From: an uncultured Planctomycetaceae bacterium
Lineage (GTDB): Bacteria; Planctomycetota; Planctomycetia; Planctomycetales; Planctomycetaceae
DNA: 64,000 nt
Assembly (NCBI GenBank): GCA_963815195.1
Contig: CAWFGE010000015.1
Span: 512,001-576,000, forward strand
Direction: 5' to 3'
Shown here piece by piece: positions 42,843 through 53,947 of this stretch. Under the pieces are notes generated by a model, which saw only the letters and a program-made list of their open reading frames with translations, made no database searches and was not told the origin of the DNA. The position numbers and the translations under genes are program-made. The number at the start of each line of letters is the position of its first letter. Positions within the stretch are counted from its first letter, which is position 1.

Positions 42843-45488
42843 CTATACAGACGAGGCTTCCCCGTATTGGGCTTTTAGGGATTCCCATTCTTCGAGGGTG
42901 TAGAGCACCTGGCGGGCTTTGGAGCCGTTGTAGTCCCCGACGATGCCGTCCTCGGCCATGTAGTCGATCAAGCGGGCCGCCCGGCCGTAGCCGATGCCCA
43001 AAAACCGCTGCAATCGCGAGACGCTGCCGAGTTGCTCGCGGATCACAATGTCCACGGCTTCATCGTAGAGTTCATCCCGCTCTTCATCGTCCGCCGAACG
43101 TCCTTCGCCCGGGGCAGGGCGGGGGGCATTGAGCCGGGTGAGTTCCGTGCTGTAGCGGGGCTCGTAAATCGAGTAAAAATCGATCACCGAATTGACTTCC
43201 TCATCGCTCACGAATGCGCCCTGCGCGCGGATGACGTTGCTCGTGCCGGGGGCGAGGTACAGCATGTCCCCGTTGCCCAAGAGCCGCTCGGCGCCCATTT
43301 CATCCAGCACGACCCGGCTGTCGGTGCGGCTCGCGACTTGGAACGACATCCGCGCGGGCAGGTTCGATTTGATGAGGCCCGTGATCACATCCACCGTCGG
43401 CTTTTGCGTGGCGAGGACCAGATGAATCCCGACCGCCCGCGACTTCTGCGCCAGCCGGACGATGTGGCCTTCCACGTCCTTGCCGCAGGTCATCATCATG
43501 TCGGCCATTTCGTCGGCGATGATCACAATGTAAGGCATGCGTTCGGGAATGGCTTCGATCTCCAGCATGTCTTCCGGGTCTTCGGGATCGAGCTCCAGGC
43601 GTTCGAGGATTTGGTCGTAGCTGAGCTTGTTGTAGCTGTCGAGATGCCGAACCCCGCAGCGGGCCAAGAGGTCGTAACGCTCTTCCATCTTATCGACGGC
43701 CCAACTCAGCACGGCCTCGGCTTTTTTCATGTCGGTGATCACGGGGTGCATCAAATGCGGGACCCGTCGATAGGGGCTGAGCTCGACCATCTTGGGATCG
43801 ATCATCAGCATCTTGACTTCGTCGGGGCTGCGGGTCATCAGGATCGAAAGGATCAACGCATTCAAACACACGCTTTTCCCCGTGCCCGTGCGGCCGGCGA
43901 TCAAGAGGTGCGGCATCTTGGCGAGATCGACCGTTAACGGATGCCCGCTCACGTCTTTGCCGACAAAGACGGGAATGCGTTTCCCGGAGCGTTCCTTGGC
44001 GGACGATTCAATCAACTCCCGCAAGCGCACCATCGTGCGTTGTTCGTTGGGGACTTCGATGCCCACGGTGTTTTTGCCAGGAATCGGAGCCACCACGCGA
44101 ACGGAAGGCACGCGGAGGGCAATCGCCAGATCATCCGCGAGCGCGGTGATTTTGTTAAGCCGAAGCCCGGCTTCCAGGCCCAACTCGAACTGCGTGACGA
44201 CCGGGCCGGTGTCCACTTCGACGACCTGCACGTTGAAGCCGAATTCTTTGAACGCTTTTTCGAGCGTCTGGGCGTCGGCCTGGGCTTTCTTCGCGAGCAG
44301 TTCGTACGGAAACTCCTCGGCCGGTTCCAGAATGTCGATCGGCGGCAGCATCACATCCGATTCGCGACGTTCCTCCATGTCGATTTCCTCATCATCGGAG
44401 AATTGATCTTCCGTATCCCGGACCGAGAGTGGCGGATTGACTTTGATCGGCCGTCCGGTTTCCCAAGCCGACGATTTATCGTCGGAAACCGACGGCGGAG
44501 CCGGCGGCTTGGGCTGTTCGCGTTCGGCATCGAGCTTGGCCTGCAAAATCCGCGGCAAAGGGGTGGTCCGTTTTGTATTTGGCGAGCGGGGGGCGTCAGC
44601 CCCCTGGTCACTCACAACGGATAAATCATTTTCATTATCGCGGAATGCTTTCGAAGCAGACCGCCGTTGCGATTTGGACATTTTTTTGCGCTCCCCACGG
44701 GACGAGGAAGAAGACATCCCCAATTCCTCGGAGGCACTCAACCGCGGCGGCGCGTTAATGGGAAAAGAGATGGGAACAATGTTCTCATCTCGGTCGTCAT
44801 CATGTTCTTCCTTCTCCAAGCCAGCGTCTTGATCGTCAACATCGGCAAGTACGTCGGACGGATCGGAGGTTTTATCCGGCGGGGCAGGGGGGTGTTTTCT
44901 CCAGCGCGGGCGGGCGGAAAACACCCGCTTCATAAACCGCCAAGGCGATGTCGCGAAATGCACGATCGCCCCGATCAAGGAACCCAAAACGCCGACATCG
45001 CCGGAGAGCACCATCCCCGCCGCGAACGCGGAGGCCAACAGAATCAAAGTCCCCGCGGCGGCGAACTGGTGCGCCAACAGAATCCGGCCCCACACGCCGA
45101 CGTAGCCGCCGCTGCCCACGACCGGACCGTGGCCGAAATTCGGCAGGAGCACATCGAGGCCCACGCACACGGCCATCAAGGCGACGGCCAAACCGAGCGT
45201 GCGGGTGACGAAACCGTTCACGCCGATCCGCGAAAACAACCGCCCGTCCGAGGAGATCATGCAGACGATGACAAAGTAGGCCCCGTATCCCAAGTTGGCA
45301 AACAGGTGGTGGGCCAGCTTCGCTCCCGCGCTGCCGCAGAGGTTGGCGGTTTCTTTCGCCACGGGGAACACGGCGGTTCCCGGCGGGTCGGCGGGGTTGT
45401 AGCTGAAGAGAGCCAGGCCGACGAATAGGGTCCCGGCAAACAAGGCGAGCGCGAGCAAATCATCGCGGATGCGGCGGAGGTCGATCAT
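42843..45488 (-). CDS. ftsK: DNA translocase FtsK
   Basis: 4TM N-terminus NLCGSAGA, MPHLLIAGRTGTGKS, IDPKMVEL, ATQKP, GAERLLGNGDML, gamma domain IGYGRAARLID. Confidence 0.96.
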   Translation of the reverse strand: MIDLRRIRDDLLALALFAGTLFVGLALFSYNPADPPGTAVFPVAKETANLCGSAGAKLAHHLFANLGYGAYFVIVCMISSDGRLFSRIGVNGFVTRTLGLAVALMAVCVGLDVLLPNFGHGPVVGSGGYVGVWGRILLAHQFAAAGTLILLASAFAAGMVLSGDVGVLGSLIGAIVHFATSPWRFMKRVFSARPRWRKHPPAPPDKTSDPSDVLADVDDQDAGLEKEEHDDDRDENIVPISFPINAPPRLSASEELGMSSSSSRGERKKMSKSQRRSASKAFRDNENDLSVVSDQGADAPRSPNTKRTTPLPRILQAKLDAEREQPKPPAPPSVSDDKSSAWETGRPIKVNPPLSVRDTEDQFSDDEEIDMEERRESDVMLPPIDILEPAEEFPYELLAKKAQADAQTLEKAFKEFGFNVQVVEVDTGPVVTQFELGLEAGLRLNKITALADDLAIALRVPSVRVVAPIPGKNTVGIEVPNEQRTMVRLRELIESSAKERSGKRIPVFVGKDVSGHPLTVDLAKMPHLLIAGRTGTGKSVCLNALILSILMTRSPDEVKMLMIDPKMVELSPYRRVPHLMHPVITDMKKAEAVLSWAVDKMEERYDLLARCGVRHLDSYNKLSYDQILERLELDPEDPEDMLEIEAIPERMPYIVIIADEMADMMMTCGKDVEGHIVRLAQKSRAVGIHLVLATQKPTVDVITGLIKSNLPARMSFQVASRTDSRVVLDEMGAERLLGNGDMLYLAPGTSNVIRAQGAFVSDEEVNSVIDFYSIYEPRYSTELTRLNAPRPAPGEGRSADDEERDELYDEAVDIVIREQLGSVSRLQRFLGIGYGRAARLIDYMAEDGIVGDYNGSKARQVLYTLEEWESLKAQYGEASSV
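44462..44513. repeat. Y-shaped CCCAAGCCGAC palindromic element, in frame inside the ftsK linker (opposite orientation)
   Basis: CCCAAG-CCGACGAT-TT-ATCGTCGG-AAA-CCGACGGC-GGA-GCCGGCGG-CTTGGG. Confidence 0.9.
44581..44608. repeat. GGCGAGC-family REP, in frame inside the ftsK linker
   Basis: GGCGAGCGGGGGGCGTCAGCCCCCTGGT; encodes DQGADAPRSP. Confidence 0.75.
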
Positions 45489-45874
45489 AACAATTCGGGT
45501 GGGGCTTAAAGGAAAAAGGAAGCCCACGGGCGCGAACCGTCAGCGCGGACAGACCACCGCCAGGTTCTCCGTAAACACGGACCCGATGCGGCCCACTGCC
45601 CCACGCCAGCGCGGCTCCCATGCGCCGGTGGGTTGCCTCGTGCAACAACTCGTTCAAGATTTCTCCGTTCAAAAATCCCTCCGGGGATAAAACAGAAACT
45701 CCGTCACTCCAAGCCTACCACGCCGACGGGGAGGCGCCGGAATTCCGCGTTGCAATTTCGCCTTGAGTCCGCATTCGCGGCACCTGAGTTCCGATCCGCG
45801 AAACTGGGAAAACCCGCCGGGGCCGGGTCGTAGCGAACATAACGATCGAATCGAAGAATTGTTTTTGTCTTCTC

Positions 45875-45946
45875 GAGCCGCGCACGAAGTAAGCGGTTTT
45901 TTGAATATTTCAGAAATTCCCAGACCGCTTACTTCGTGCGCGGCTC
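45875..45946. repeat. REPIN with perfect 23-bp arms, same family as the 6098 tandem array
   Basis: GAGCCGCGCACGAAGTAAGCGGT / ACCGCTTACTTCGTGCGCGGCTC. Confidence 0.9.
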
Positions 45947-46039
45947 AGTCGTTTTTTGGAACTACTGAAATTTCCAGTTGCCTCGCTTTCGTTTCGGCGA
46001 CATCCCGGATTCTCCCCAGAACTCTCCAGGGCCAAAACC

Positions 46040-46495
46040 ATGTTCGTTCCCCTTTACGATGATGTCGAAAAGCGCCGGCCGCCGATTGTCACCGTGCTGT
46101 TGATCACCGCGAATCTCTTCGTGTTCATTTACCAGTTCCGGCTGAGTCTCGAGGACCCCACCTGGCGGAGCTATTTCAAGTTCACCGAGACGTGGGGCGC
46201 CAAGCGGACGCACCTGGCGGGCGGGAACTATCTCACGCTTTACACGGCCATGTTCCTGCACGGCGATTTCATGCACTTCATTGGGAACATGGTCGTGCTG
46301 TGGGCGTTTTCGTGGACGCTCGAAGAGTTTCTGGGATCCGTGCGGGTCATCGACCCCGAACCCCGCGACATCAGCGTGTGCCGATTCGGACAAGAGCCTC
46401 TACTATTGTCCGGGGACGGCAGCTTAACCGCCGAGGACGTTCTGCCCGGTTTCGCCTGTCCCGTCAAACAGATCTTCGAGATGCCAGGGCAGGGG
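46040..46495 (+). pseudogene. Chimera: rhomboid protease 5' part fused in frame to a Uma2 C-terminal fragment
   Basis: PLYDD...PPIVTVLLITANLFVF...TAMFLHGDFMHFIGNM...LEEFLGS, then VRVIDP...LTAEDVLPGFACPVKQIF. Confidence 0.75.
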
Positions 46496-46555
46496 ACGAC
46501 ATCGGCTGCAAGGAACGCTGCAAGGAACCAAAGGGTGCAAGCTGCGAAGAGGCGG

Positions 46556-47143
46556 TTATTCCTCTTCGTCGTCCCAATCCATGTCGTCTTCCCCCCAATC
46601 TTCGTCTTCGTCCATGGGGGCAAGAACATCCTCGACAACGCCTTCCACAATGGCTTCGTGGGTCAGGGCGAGCTTCTCGGGCTCGGCGGAAAAAAAACTC
46701 GCCATCCGGATCGCCCATCCGATCTTGTCGTGGTCGAACGGATCCTCGATATCAAAAGAATCCTCCCAGTCGGCGTAGCGGCCCAGATCCAGTTGGGCTT
46801 CCTCCGCGATCTCTCGGAACAGGGCTTCCACCCAATCGTCGTCCCAATCGGCCGCTTCCGCCGGGAGAAGATACAGTTCGTTGTGGCGAAACATGTCGCG
46901 CGTCAGAAGAAACACCGAATCCTTGACATGGTTGGGATCGAGCCCGGCCAGTTGCTCGTCCGTCATCCGAGCGTCGGCCAATTGGGGCAGCCATTGCATC
47001 GGCATCTTCTCGATGTAGTAATCCACCGCCTCGCGGTTAATCTTGTTCCACGGTTCGCGTTCGAGAACCGAATGAACGGCAGCAATCACCGACAGCGCGG
47101 GGACGCCAAACTTCTCTTCGCCAAGCTCCGATCGATCAGTCAT
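46556..47143 (-). CDS. Hypothetical acidic protein
   Basis: ATG after AGGAG; host-like codon usage; D/E-rich tail. Confidence 0.75.
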   Translation of the reverse strand: MTDRSELGEEKFGVPALSVIAAVHSVLEREPWNKINREAVDYYIEKMPMQWLPQLADARMTDEQLAGLDPNHVKDSVFLLTRDMFRHNELYLLPAEAADWDDDWVEALFREIAEEAQLDLGRYADWEDSFDIEDPFDHDKIGWAIRMASFFSAEPEKLALTHEAIVEGVVEDVLAPMDEDEDWGEDDMDWDDEEE

Positions 47144-47188
47144 CGTGTGACTCCTGCCGTCAAAATGGAGGGAGATTCCCGAACCGCA

Positions 47189-48010
47189 TCATACCAAAGA
47201 TTCCGCCGGACGCATCTCAGGCGACATCCTCGGGAGCCGCAGAGTCTTCCGCAAGATCCAGCGCTGCGCACACACCTTAAACGTCCGGTTTTTGATCCGC
47301 TTCTGCAGAAAGAACAGAAACGGCAACTGCCGGGTCAGTTCCAAAAGCAGCGAGACGCGGGCGATGGCGACGCTCAGCAGAATCTCGTCGCCAACGCGAA
47401 ACGTGATTTCCGCCCCCACGTAATTCATGAATTGAAATCTGCAAAAATCCGTGACATCTTCCGCGCGGATCAGATAGCGGGCGGCGACGCCTTCGATCAA
47501 CAGCCGCCGGTTCTCATAATCCGCGAGAATCAGCACATAGTCGTCGCCGTCGATGGAGATCTTCATCTTCGAGCGGTCCGCGTCGGAAAGCTCCGCGCAC
47601 AACAATTTGCCGGGATAGAGCGCAAGCTCGGCTCCGCGAGAACCGAGCAGACGTTTCATCACGAAGCGGTCCATCGTCACCGGCAGAAAGAAACAGCTCA
47701 GACCGCACAGCGAGAGGCCGGCGCCCAGAACTGTCAGGATCGCCTCGTTGCCGTTGCCGTTGCCGCGCACGTTGGCGTCTTCCGCCATCGACACCACGAC
47801 GGCTCCGCCGAACATGAGGGCAAAGCCCAACACGAGGGCGATGATCATAATTCGACCGGGCGTCCAGCCCACGATCGGTTTGTTCGCCACGGGCACGCAC
47901 AGCGAACTCGGGCAGCAAAAAATGTCGCCGGCTTTCGCGTTCCGGACAACTTTCATCGATTGCCGAATCGCGGCGTAGCGAAAATCGGCGTCCCAACTCT
48001 TCGCGGCCAT
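47189..48010 (-). CDS. Hypothetical membrane protein
   Basis: Two TM segments; in series with its neighbours. Confidence 0.65.
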   Translation of the reverse strand: MAAKSWDADFRYAAIRQSMKVVRNAKAGDIFCCPSSLCVPVANKPIVGWTPGRIMIIALVLGFALMFGGAVVVSMAEDANVRGNGNGNEAILTVLGAGLSLCGLSCFFLPVTMDRFVMKRLLGSRGAELALYPGKLLCAELSDADRSKMKISIDGDDYVLILADYENRRLLIEGVAARYLIRAEDVTDFCRFQFMNYVGAEITFRVGDEILLSVAIARVSLLLELTRQLPFLFFLQKRIKNRTFKVCAQRWILRKTLRLPRMSPEMRPAESLV

Positions 48011-48023
48011 TTTGAGTTTTCGC

Positions 48024-48656
48024 CTAATCTGCCATAACACGTTGAAGCTTGCCGGGGCCTGTGTAGGCGTCCTTGGTTTTGGTGTGCCGGACGAAGAATT
48101 CCTGCAACTCCGGCGTCGGTGCCGTGAGGATGATGCGGTCATCGACAACTTGATGGGCGATTGCATCGGGGGATTTTTCCAGGTGCTTCTTCAACCAGGC
48201 GGGATCCAGACTCCGCACCCGAATTTGCGGCTCCGTCGACTCGACCCAAAAGAACGCATGCGCCCGGAGGAGAAGTCCCAACTGACGCGCATTTTCCTTT
48301 TTGAGCGCAGGGTCGGCGGGCTGAATATCCAAGAAGAGCGTATCCTGAATTCTCGCAAGGTGGGCACGGAATTCCCCTTGCGCCTCGTCTTTGCTGATCA
48401 CCAGGCGATACGAAAACCTGTCCGCTTTCTCGTCATCGCCGGCAGATTTTCCTTTCGATTTCTCGATGGCCTTGGAGAACCTCCATCTTGTCTTGGACGC
48501 CTTGTTGGAATCGGGTTTGTCTTCCTGCCATTCTCCAAGGAGCTTGTCCTCGAAGATGACGTCGTCCGAGGTATAAATCGGATGCAGACTCGGCACGACG
48601 CATCCCGAACTTAATGCCGTCATTCCAACAGCAAGCAGACTGAATCGCAGGCCCAT
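48024..48656 (-). CDS. Hypothetical lipoprotein
   Basis: Lipobox LSSGC followed by VVPSLHPIYT. Confidence 0.75.
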   Translation of the reverse strand: MGLRFSLLAVGMTALSSGCVVPSLHPIYTSDDVIFEDKLLGEWQEDKPDSNKASKTRWRFSKAIEKSKGKSAGDDEKADRFSYRLVISKDEAQGEFRAHLARIQDTLFLDIQPADPALKKENARQLGLLLRAHAFFWVESTEPQIRVRSLDPAWLKKHLEKSPDAIAHQVVDDRIILTAPTPELQEFFVRHTKTKDAYTGPGKLQRVMAD

Positions 48657-48747
48657 GATACTGCTCCCTTTTGGGTTCGTTCTCAAACGTTTTCCACCTT
48701 CAAATTACAGCGAACCAATAAGCAGGGCAACGAGATTTTTGAGATCT

Positions 48748-49368
48748 CTATGGGATTCGCGATGCCAACCATGCAACCAGCTTCTCCGCCACCGCGGTTT
48801 TGGTGCCGGACCACATTTGGATAACCTCGCCGGAGCCATCGATCAACTCGACGCTGTTGGTTTCCGCACCGATGGCGGCGGGGGCGTTTAAGACGATCCA
48901 ATCGCAGTTTTTGGCCCGCAGTTTTTGGAGGGCGTTTTCTCTGGGATTATGGGCTTCCAAAGCGAAGCCGACGACCCAGTGGCCGTCTTTCATCCGGCCG
49001 AGTTCCGCGAGCACATCGTCGGTTTCGATCATCTCGATCGAGACCGGTTCACCGGTTTTGGCGATCTTCCCGCGGATTCGCTCCTTCGGCTTGTAGTCGC
49101 AGACCGCGGCGGCGGCGATTACGCCGTCGCAATGCGGAAACGCCGCGACGCACGCGTCCCGCATCTGGGCTGTCGTCTCCACCGCGTGCACTTCGCAGCC
49201 CACGGGCGGATGCAAATCCACCGGCCCGGTCACCAGCACGACTTCATGCCCCGCCTTCAATGCCGCCTCCGCGAGGGCATACCCCATCCGCCCGCTGCTG
49301 GCGTTTGAGAGATACCGCACATCGTCCAAGTATTCCCGCGTCGGGCCGGCCGTGATGAGGATTCTCAT
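48748..49368 (-). CDS. coaB: Phosphopantothenate--cysteine ligase (stand-alone CoaB/DFP domain)
   Basis: ILITAGPTREYLDDVRYLSNASSGRMG, AAAVCDY, VGFALE. Confidence 0.9.
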   Translation of the reverse strand: MRILITAGPTREYLDDVRYLSNASSGRMGYALAEAALKAGHEVVLVTGPVDLHPPVGCEVHAVETTAQMRDACVAAFPHCDGVIAAAAVCDYKPKERIRGKIAKTGEPVSIEMIETDDVLAELGRMKDGHWVVGFALEAHNPRENALQKLRAKNCDWIVLNAPAAIGAETNSVELIDGSGEVIQMWSGTKTAVAEKLVAWLASRIP

Positions 49369-49388
49369 GTTCGCATTTTCTTTATTTA

Positions 49389-49439
49389 CCCAAGCCGACG
49401 CCTTGGCGTCGGAACCGACAACGGAGTTGTCGGCTTGGG
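49389..49439. repeat. Y-shaped CCCAAGCCGAC palindromic element, intergenic copy
   Basis: CCCAAG-CCGACGCC-TT-GGCGTCGG-AA-CCGACAAC-GGA-GTTGTCGG-CTTGGG. Confidence 0.9.
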
Positions 49440-49548
49440 AGGCTTCGATAGGAAAACCGGAACTCCGCAATAATAAACCCCGGTCCGCGGGAATGACAGC
49501 ATCCACGCGGCCGGGGTGTTTCTCATCTCAACTCGGAACGATCGCTCA

Positions 49549-51833
49549 TTAGCGCTCGAAGCGATACCACTTGCCTTTGATCTTGACGACCACATTGCCG
49601 AGCGCCAAGTACTTGACGATACGGGTGTCGGATTTGATAAGGCTCAGGTATTCCGGGCTGCCGACTTTGACGGTCTTTTCGGGCTTGTCTTTCTCGGCGT
49701 TGTATTCGCTGTCGTACCACACACCGGCCGATTCGTAGAACGTCCGGCGCCGATGTAGCGGAGGGCGTTCATGGAACTCTTGCGATCGCGTTCGCCCGAC
49801 TTTTTGAGCTCCTCATCGGCGAGTTCATAGAGGGCATCGGCGGCCCCGCTTTCGCGTTTGGCCCGGCGGCCTTCGCTCAGGGATTTGGCGGCCCGCACCT
49901 GGGCTTCCCGCGCAGATTTTTCTGCAACCGGACCGGGCGCGGCCCCGCCCACGCCGAATTTGCCGCCGGGCGCCGAGCCGTCGGCGGCCGGCTTGCCGTT
50001 GGCGAAACCGCCTCCGCCGCCGAAGCCCAGTTGCAGCCCGCGGTTAAAACTCTGGGCGAGTTCGGCTTGATCTTTGCCGGCCACATCGTCGGTCATCAGG
50101 TAAGCGGTGTAGGGCGTGACGATCCCGTAGCGCTTGGCGAGATAGGTGACTTCATCGATAAGTTCCTTGGGCGGTTTTTCCGTCTTGCGGATTTCGCTCA
50201 ACAAATAATCCACCTTCTTCCCGGCCCAAAGTCGGGGCACGAACGAACCCTTGTCGTCTTCGGTCATCTCCGGGAAGTCGAGTTCGTAGGTAAAGGTCTT
50301 CTGCTCGCCGCCGACGTTCCCGGTGACGCTCACCGTCTTGGTGCCGTGCCCGGTGTAGCGGCCGTAAAGAATGACCTGCTCGCCGCGGAAGATGTCGTCG
50401 ATTTGCCGGGGGTAAACGTCCTTGACTTCGAGACCCGCGAACTCCACTTTGACGCCCGTCATAATCGGGGAGCCCACGCGGTCGAAGAACCCGCTGATTT
50501 TTTTGCTGATGTCTTCGTCCGGCAGGATGTAATCCGCTTCGCCGTGATGATTGAGGGCGAGGAAATCGAGCAGCTTGGCGTTCACGTCGAAGCCTTCGCC
50601 GAACACGAACATCCGCACGTTTTCGGTGTTCTTTTTGGCCATATTGCGGAGGATGGCTTCGGGGTCGCGTTCGCCGATGGTGGGAAGGCCGTCGGTGGCG
50701 AAGAGCATCATCTGCAAGCGGTCGCTTTTGCCCAAGAGATCCAGCGAAAGATCGAGGGCTTCTTGAATTGCCGTGCCTCCGCGGGGAGCCAGGCGGTCGG
50801 CATATTTGAGGGCCTTGGCCTTGGTCTGGTCGTTAAACTCCACGAGGCCTTTTTCCTCGAAGCTGCGGGCGGTGGTGCTGAAATCGACGATGTTAAACCG
50901 GTCGCCGGCCCGCAAATGCTCGATGCAATACTTGAGTGATGTTTTGGCCTGCTCGATCTTGTTGCCTTCGAGCATCGAGCCGGACGTGTCCACGCAGAAC
51001 ACCACATCTTTGGGGAGAATGTCGGACTCCTGAATCTGCCCGGCTCCGTTGCCCACCGTGGGGGAGAGCATCAGCATGAAGCTGCCTTCTTCGTCGAACT
51101 CGCGGTAGGTCACCAGGCTCGCCCCGACTTTTTGATTGTCGGTCGCATAGTACAAAACGAACGGATGCCGGGGCAGGTAGTCTTCCTTCGACCACTTGGC
51201 AACGACGTCCCAATCCTTGTCTTCTTCGATTTCGATTTTGTGCGTGGGAGAGTAGATGTTTTTGAGAGGCTCGGTGCTTTTGATTTTGACGGTGACCGAG
51301 GCGCTTTTCAGCGGTTGCATCGAGGCTTTGGGGTTGGTGTTGAGCATTTGCATCCGCACGACGTTGCCCCGCTTCTTGAGGACCGTGGTATAGGTGAGCT
51401 TCACCGTCACGGTTCCATTGGGGGCGATGCGGGGGACTTTGGTCGTGATGAGCTGGTTGCCATAGTATTCCAAAAGGGCGGGGCTGCCGCCGTTTTTGAC
51501 GATGTCGGTAAACACCTCGTTGGCTTTATCGACGTCCAGAATCTCGGCTTTCATTTCCTTGCCATCCACGGTGACGGACATGTCGTCGACCTGGGCGCCG
51601 GGCTCGAGTTCCATGTAGCACTCGCCGCCGACGACCGCCTGCGGGTTCGGGTTTTTGAAGGTGCAGTTGTAGGTTTTGTGGGCCACCTGATCCCGGATCT
51701 CCACGTCGATGTGATCCAGCCAGACCTGCACGGGTTGCGGCGACCGCATGAAACACCCGTATCCCATCGAACTCGCCATCCCCACCGCAATAACTGCCGT
51801 GAAGGCCATCAGACTGACTCGCAATTTGTTCAT
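49549..51833 (-). CDS. VIT plus vWA domain protein (inter-alpha-trypsin inhibitor-like); frameshift near 49748
   Basis: VIT N-terminus, MIDAS DTSGS, GGT, TDG, YGIVTPYTAYL; the tail continues RTFYESAGVWYD...WYRFER*. Confidence 0.88.
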
Positions 51834-52275
51834 TTGTGCGTTCCTTTTCCTTACCAAAACCCGTGGAAAACTGAGACACCAAAGGATGGAAGGACTCCGG
51901 TGTAGGGATTGGACGAATCCCAGAGCGGGAAGTTCCGCGAATTCCGAAAATCGATCCGCTCTTTCCGTTTTCATGGAAATTTGTTATTCAGAATTGAATA
52001 GGACCCAAGGAAACAGGGATTCGGTGCGACCGCGAAGCGGTGACATACCAATGGGATCAGCGTCACCCAGAGTCGCAAAACGCACTGGGTGACGCTGATC
52101 CCCGAATCTTTGTGTAACGCCTCCGGCGTAAATGCAAACAGGTATATGGCCATTCCCATTCAGAATTTGCTTCGTGTCTCCGCGGTGAATCAAATCCGAG
52201 TCCAAGATTATCGCCCCAGTCGCGAATAGCAAATGAGTGAAGAACTCAGTCTTCGCAAATAAGGCGGCATGTTTT

Positions 52276-53929
52276 ATGGCGACCGCATCCGAGTTTCCAG
52301 CCGGCGCGGATCTTGTTCCCATTCGGCGGTTTTTAAGGCAGTGCAAGCGGAATTGGTCCCGGACGAAAATCTCCGACTCCACGGGCCTCGAACTGACGGG
52401 CCGGCGGTTGCTGATCGCGTCGCTCGCCATGCGGAACGCCTTGGCCCGTGAAGTCGTCGCGGCCGATGAGCCGCATGTGGGGATTCTGCTGCCTCCTTCC
52501 GCGGGCGGGGTGCTGGCCAATACGAGCCTTTCACTTTTGCGACGCGTGGCCGTCAATTTGAATTACACGCTCTCCAATGCCGACTTGAACGCCTGCATTC
52601 GCCAAGCGGGAATCAGGCACGTTTTGACCAGCGGGCGGCTGATGTCCAAGATGGGCTTCACTCTGGAAGCCGAGGCCGTCTATTTGGAAGACTTGAAAAC
52701 CCGCGTCACCCGGCTCGACAAACTCCGGGCCGCGGCCGCGGCGATGTGGCCGGTGGGATGGCTCGAACGCCGCTTGGGGCTGACGAACATCCAGCCGGAC
52801 GATTTGATGACGATCATCTTCACGTCCGGTTCGACGGGCGAACCCAAAGGCGTGATGCTCTCGCACAGAAACATCAGCAGCAACACGCTCGCCGTCGATC
52901 AAACGGTGCACCTGCGGGACGAGGATGTGCTGTTGGGCGTCTTGCCGTTCTTTCATTCCTTCGGCTACACCGCGACGATGTGGCTGCCACTCACCTTATC
53001 GCCCCGGAGCGTCTATCACTATAACCCGTTGGACGGCAGGGCGGTGGGGGACCTGGCGGAGAAGCACGCCGTCACGATTTTAATGGCCGCCCCCACGTTT
53101 TTGCGGACCTACCTCAAACGCTGCACGCCGGCGCAGATGCGGGCGCTGAATCTGGTCATCACCGGAGCCGAGAAACTGCCGCCCGACCTCTGCGAAAAGT
53201 TTCGCGAGAAATTCGGCGTGGAGCCGAGTGAAGGCTACGGCACCACGGAACTTTCGCCGGTCGTTTCGGTCAACGTGCCCTCCGACCGCTTGGGACGGAA
53301 CTCGCCCTTGGGCGCGAAAGTCGGCAGCGTGGGCCGGCCGCTGCCCGGCGTTTCCGCGAAGGTGGTCGATCCCGAAACCGGCGACGACCTCGGCCGGAAC
53401 CGCGAGGGGTTGCTCCTTGTTTCCGGGCCGAACGTCATGTGCGGCTATTACCGGCTGCCCCGGAAAACCGCCAAGGTCCTCAAAGGCGGCTGGTACAACA
53501 CCGGCGATTTCGCGCATCGACGACGAGGGTTTCATCCACATCACCGGCCGGCAAAGCCGATTCTCCAAGCTCGGGGGTGAAATGGTCCCGCACATCAAAA
53601 TCGAAGAAACCCTCGCGGCTCTGTTAGGCGATTCCGAGGAAACCGAAGACGGCCGGCCGGAAATCCGCATCGCCGTCACCGCGGTCGCCGATCCCAAAAA
53701 AGGCGAGCGGATCGTCGTCGTCCACAAAAAGCTCCCGCTGCCCGTGGAGCAACTGCTCCACAAGCTCGCTGAAGCCGGCCTCCCCAACCTGTGGATTCCC
53801 GACGTGAAGAGTTTTCTGGAAGTCGAAGACATCCCGATCCTCGGCACCGGCAAGCTCGACCTCAAAGCCCTCAAACAGCTCGCCGAGTCCCACTTTGCGC
53901 CGAAGAAAAGCATTGCCCGCAGCGCTTGA
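52276..53929 (+). CDS. AMP-binding acyl-ACP synthetase (Aas-like); frameshift near 53513
   Basis: FTSGSTGEPKG, LPFFHSFG, EGYGTTE, WYNTGD, SRFSKLGGEMVPH, IPILGTGKLDL. Confidence 0.9.
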
Positions 53930-53947
53930 TGAGCGGTGAGAGGCCCC

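Noticed and set aside
46496..48037. C-terminal part of the 693-aa ORF 45956-48037
   Set aside because: Antisense shadow of two minus-strand genes.
52028..52135. Hairpin-rich leader as a riboswitch for the acyl ligase
   Set aside because: No recognisable riboswitch motif; more like another palindromic repeat remnant.
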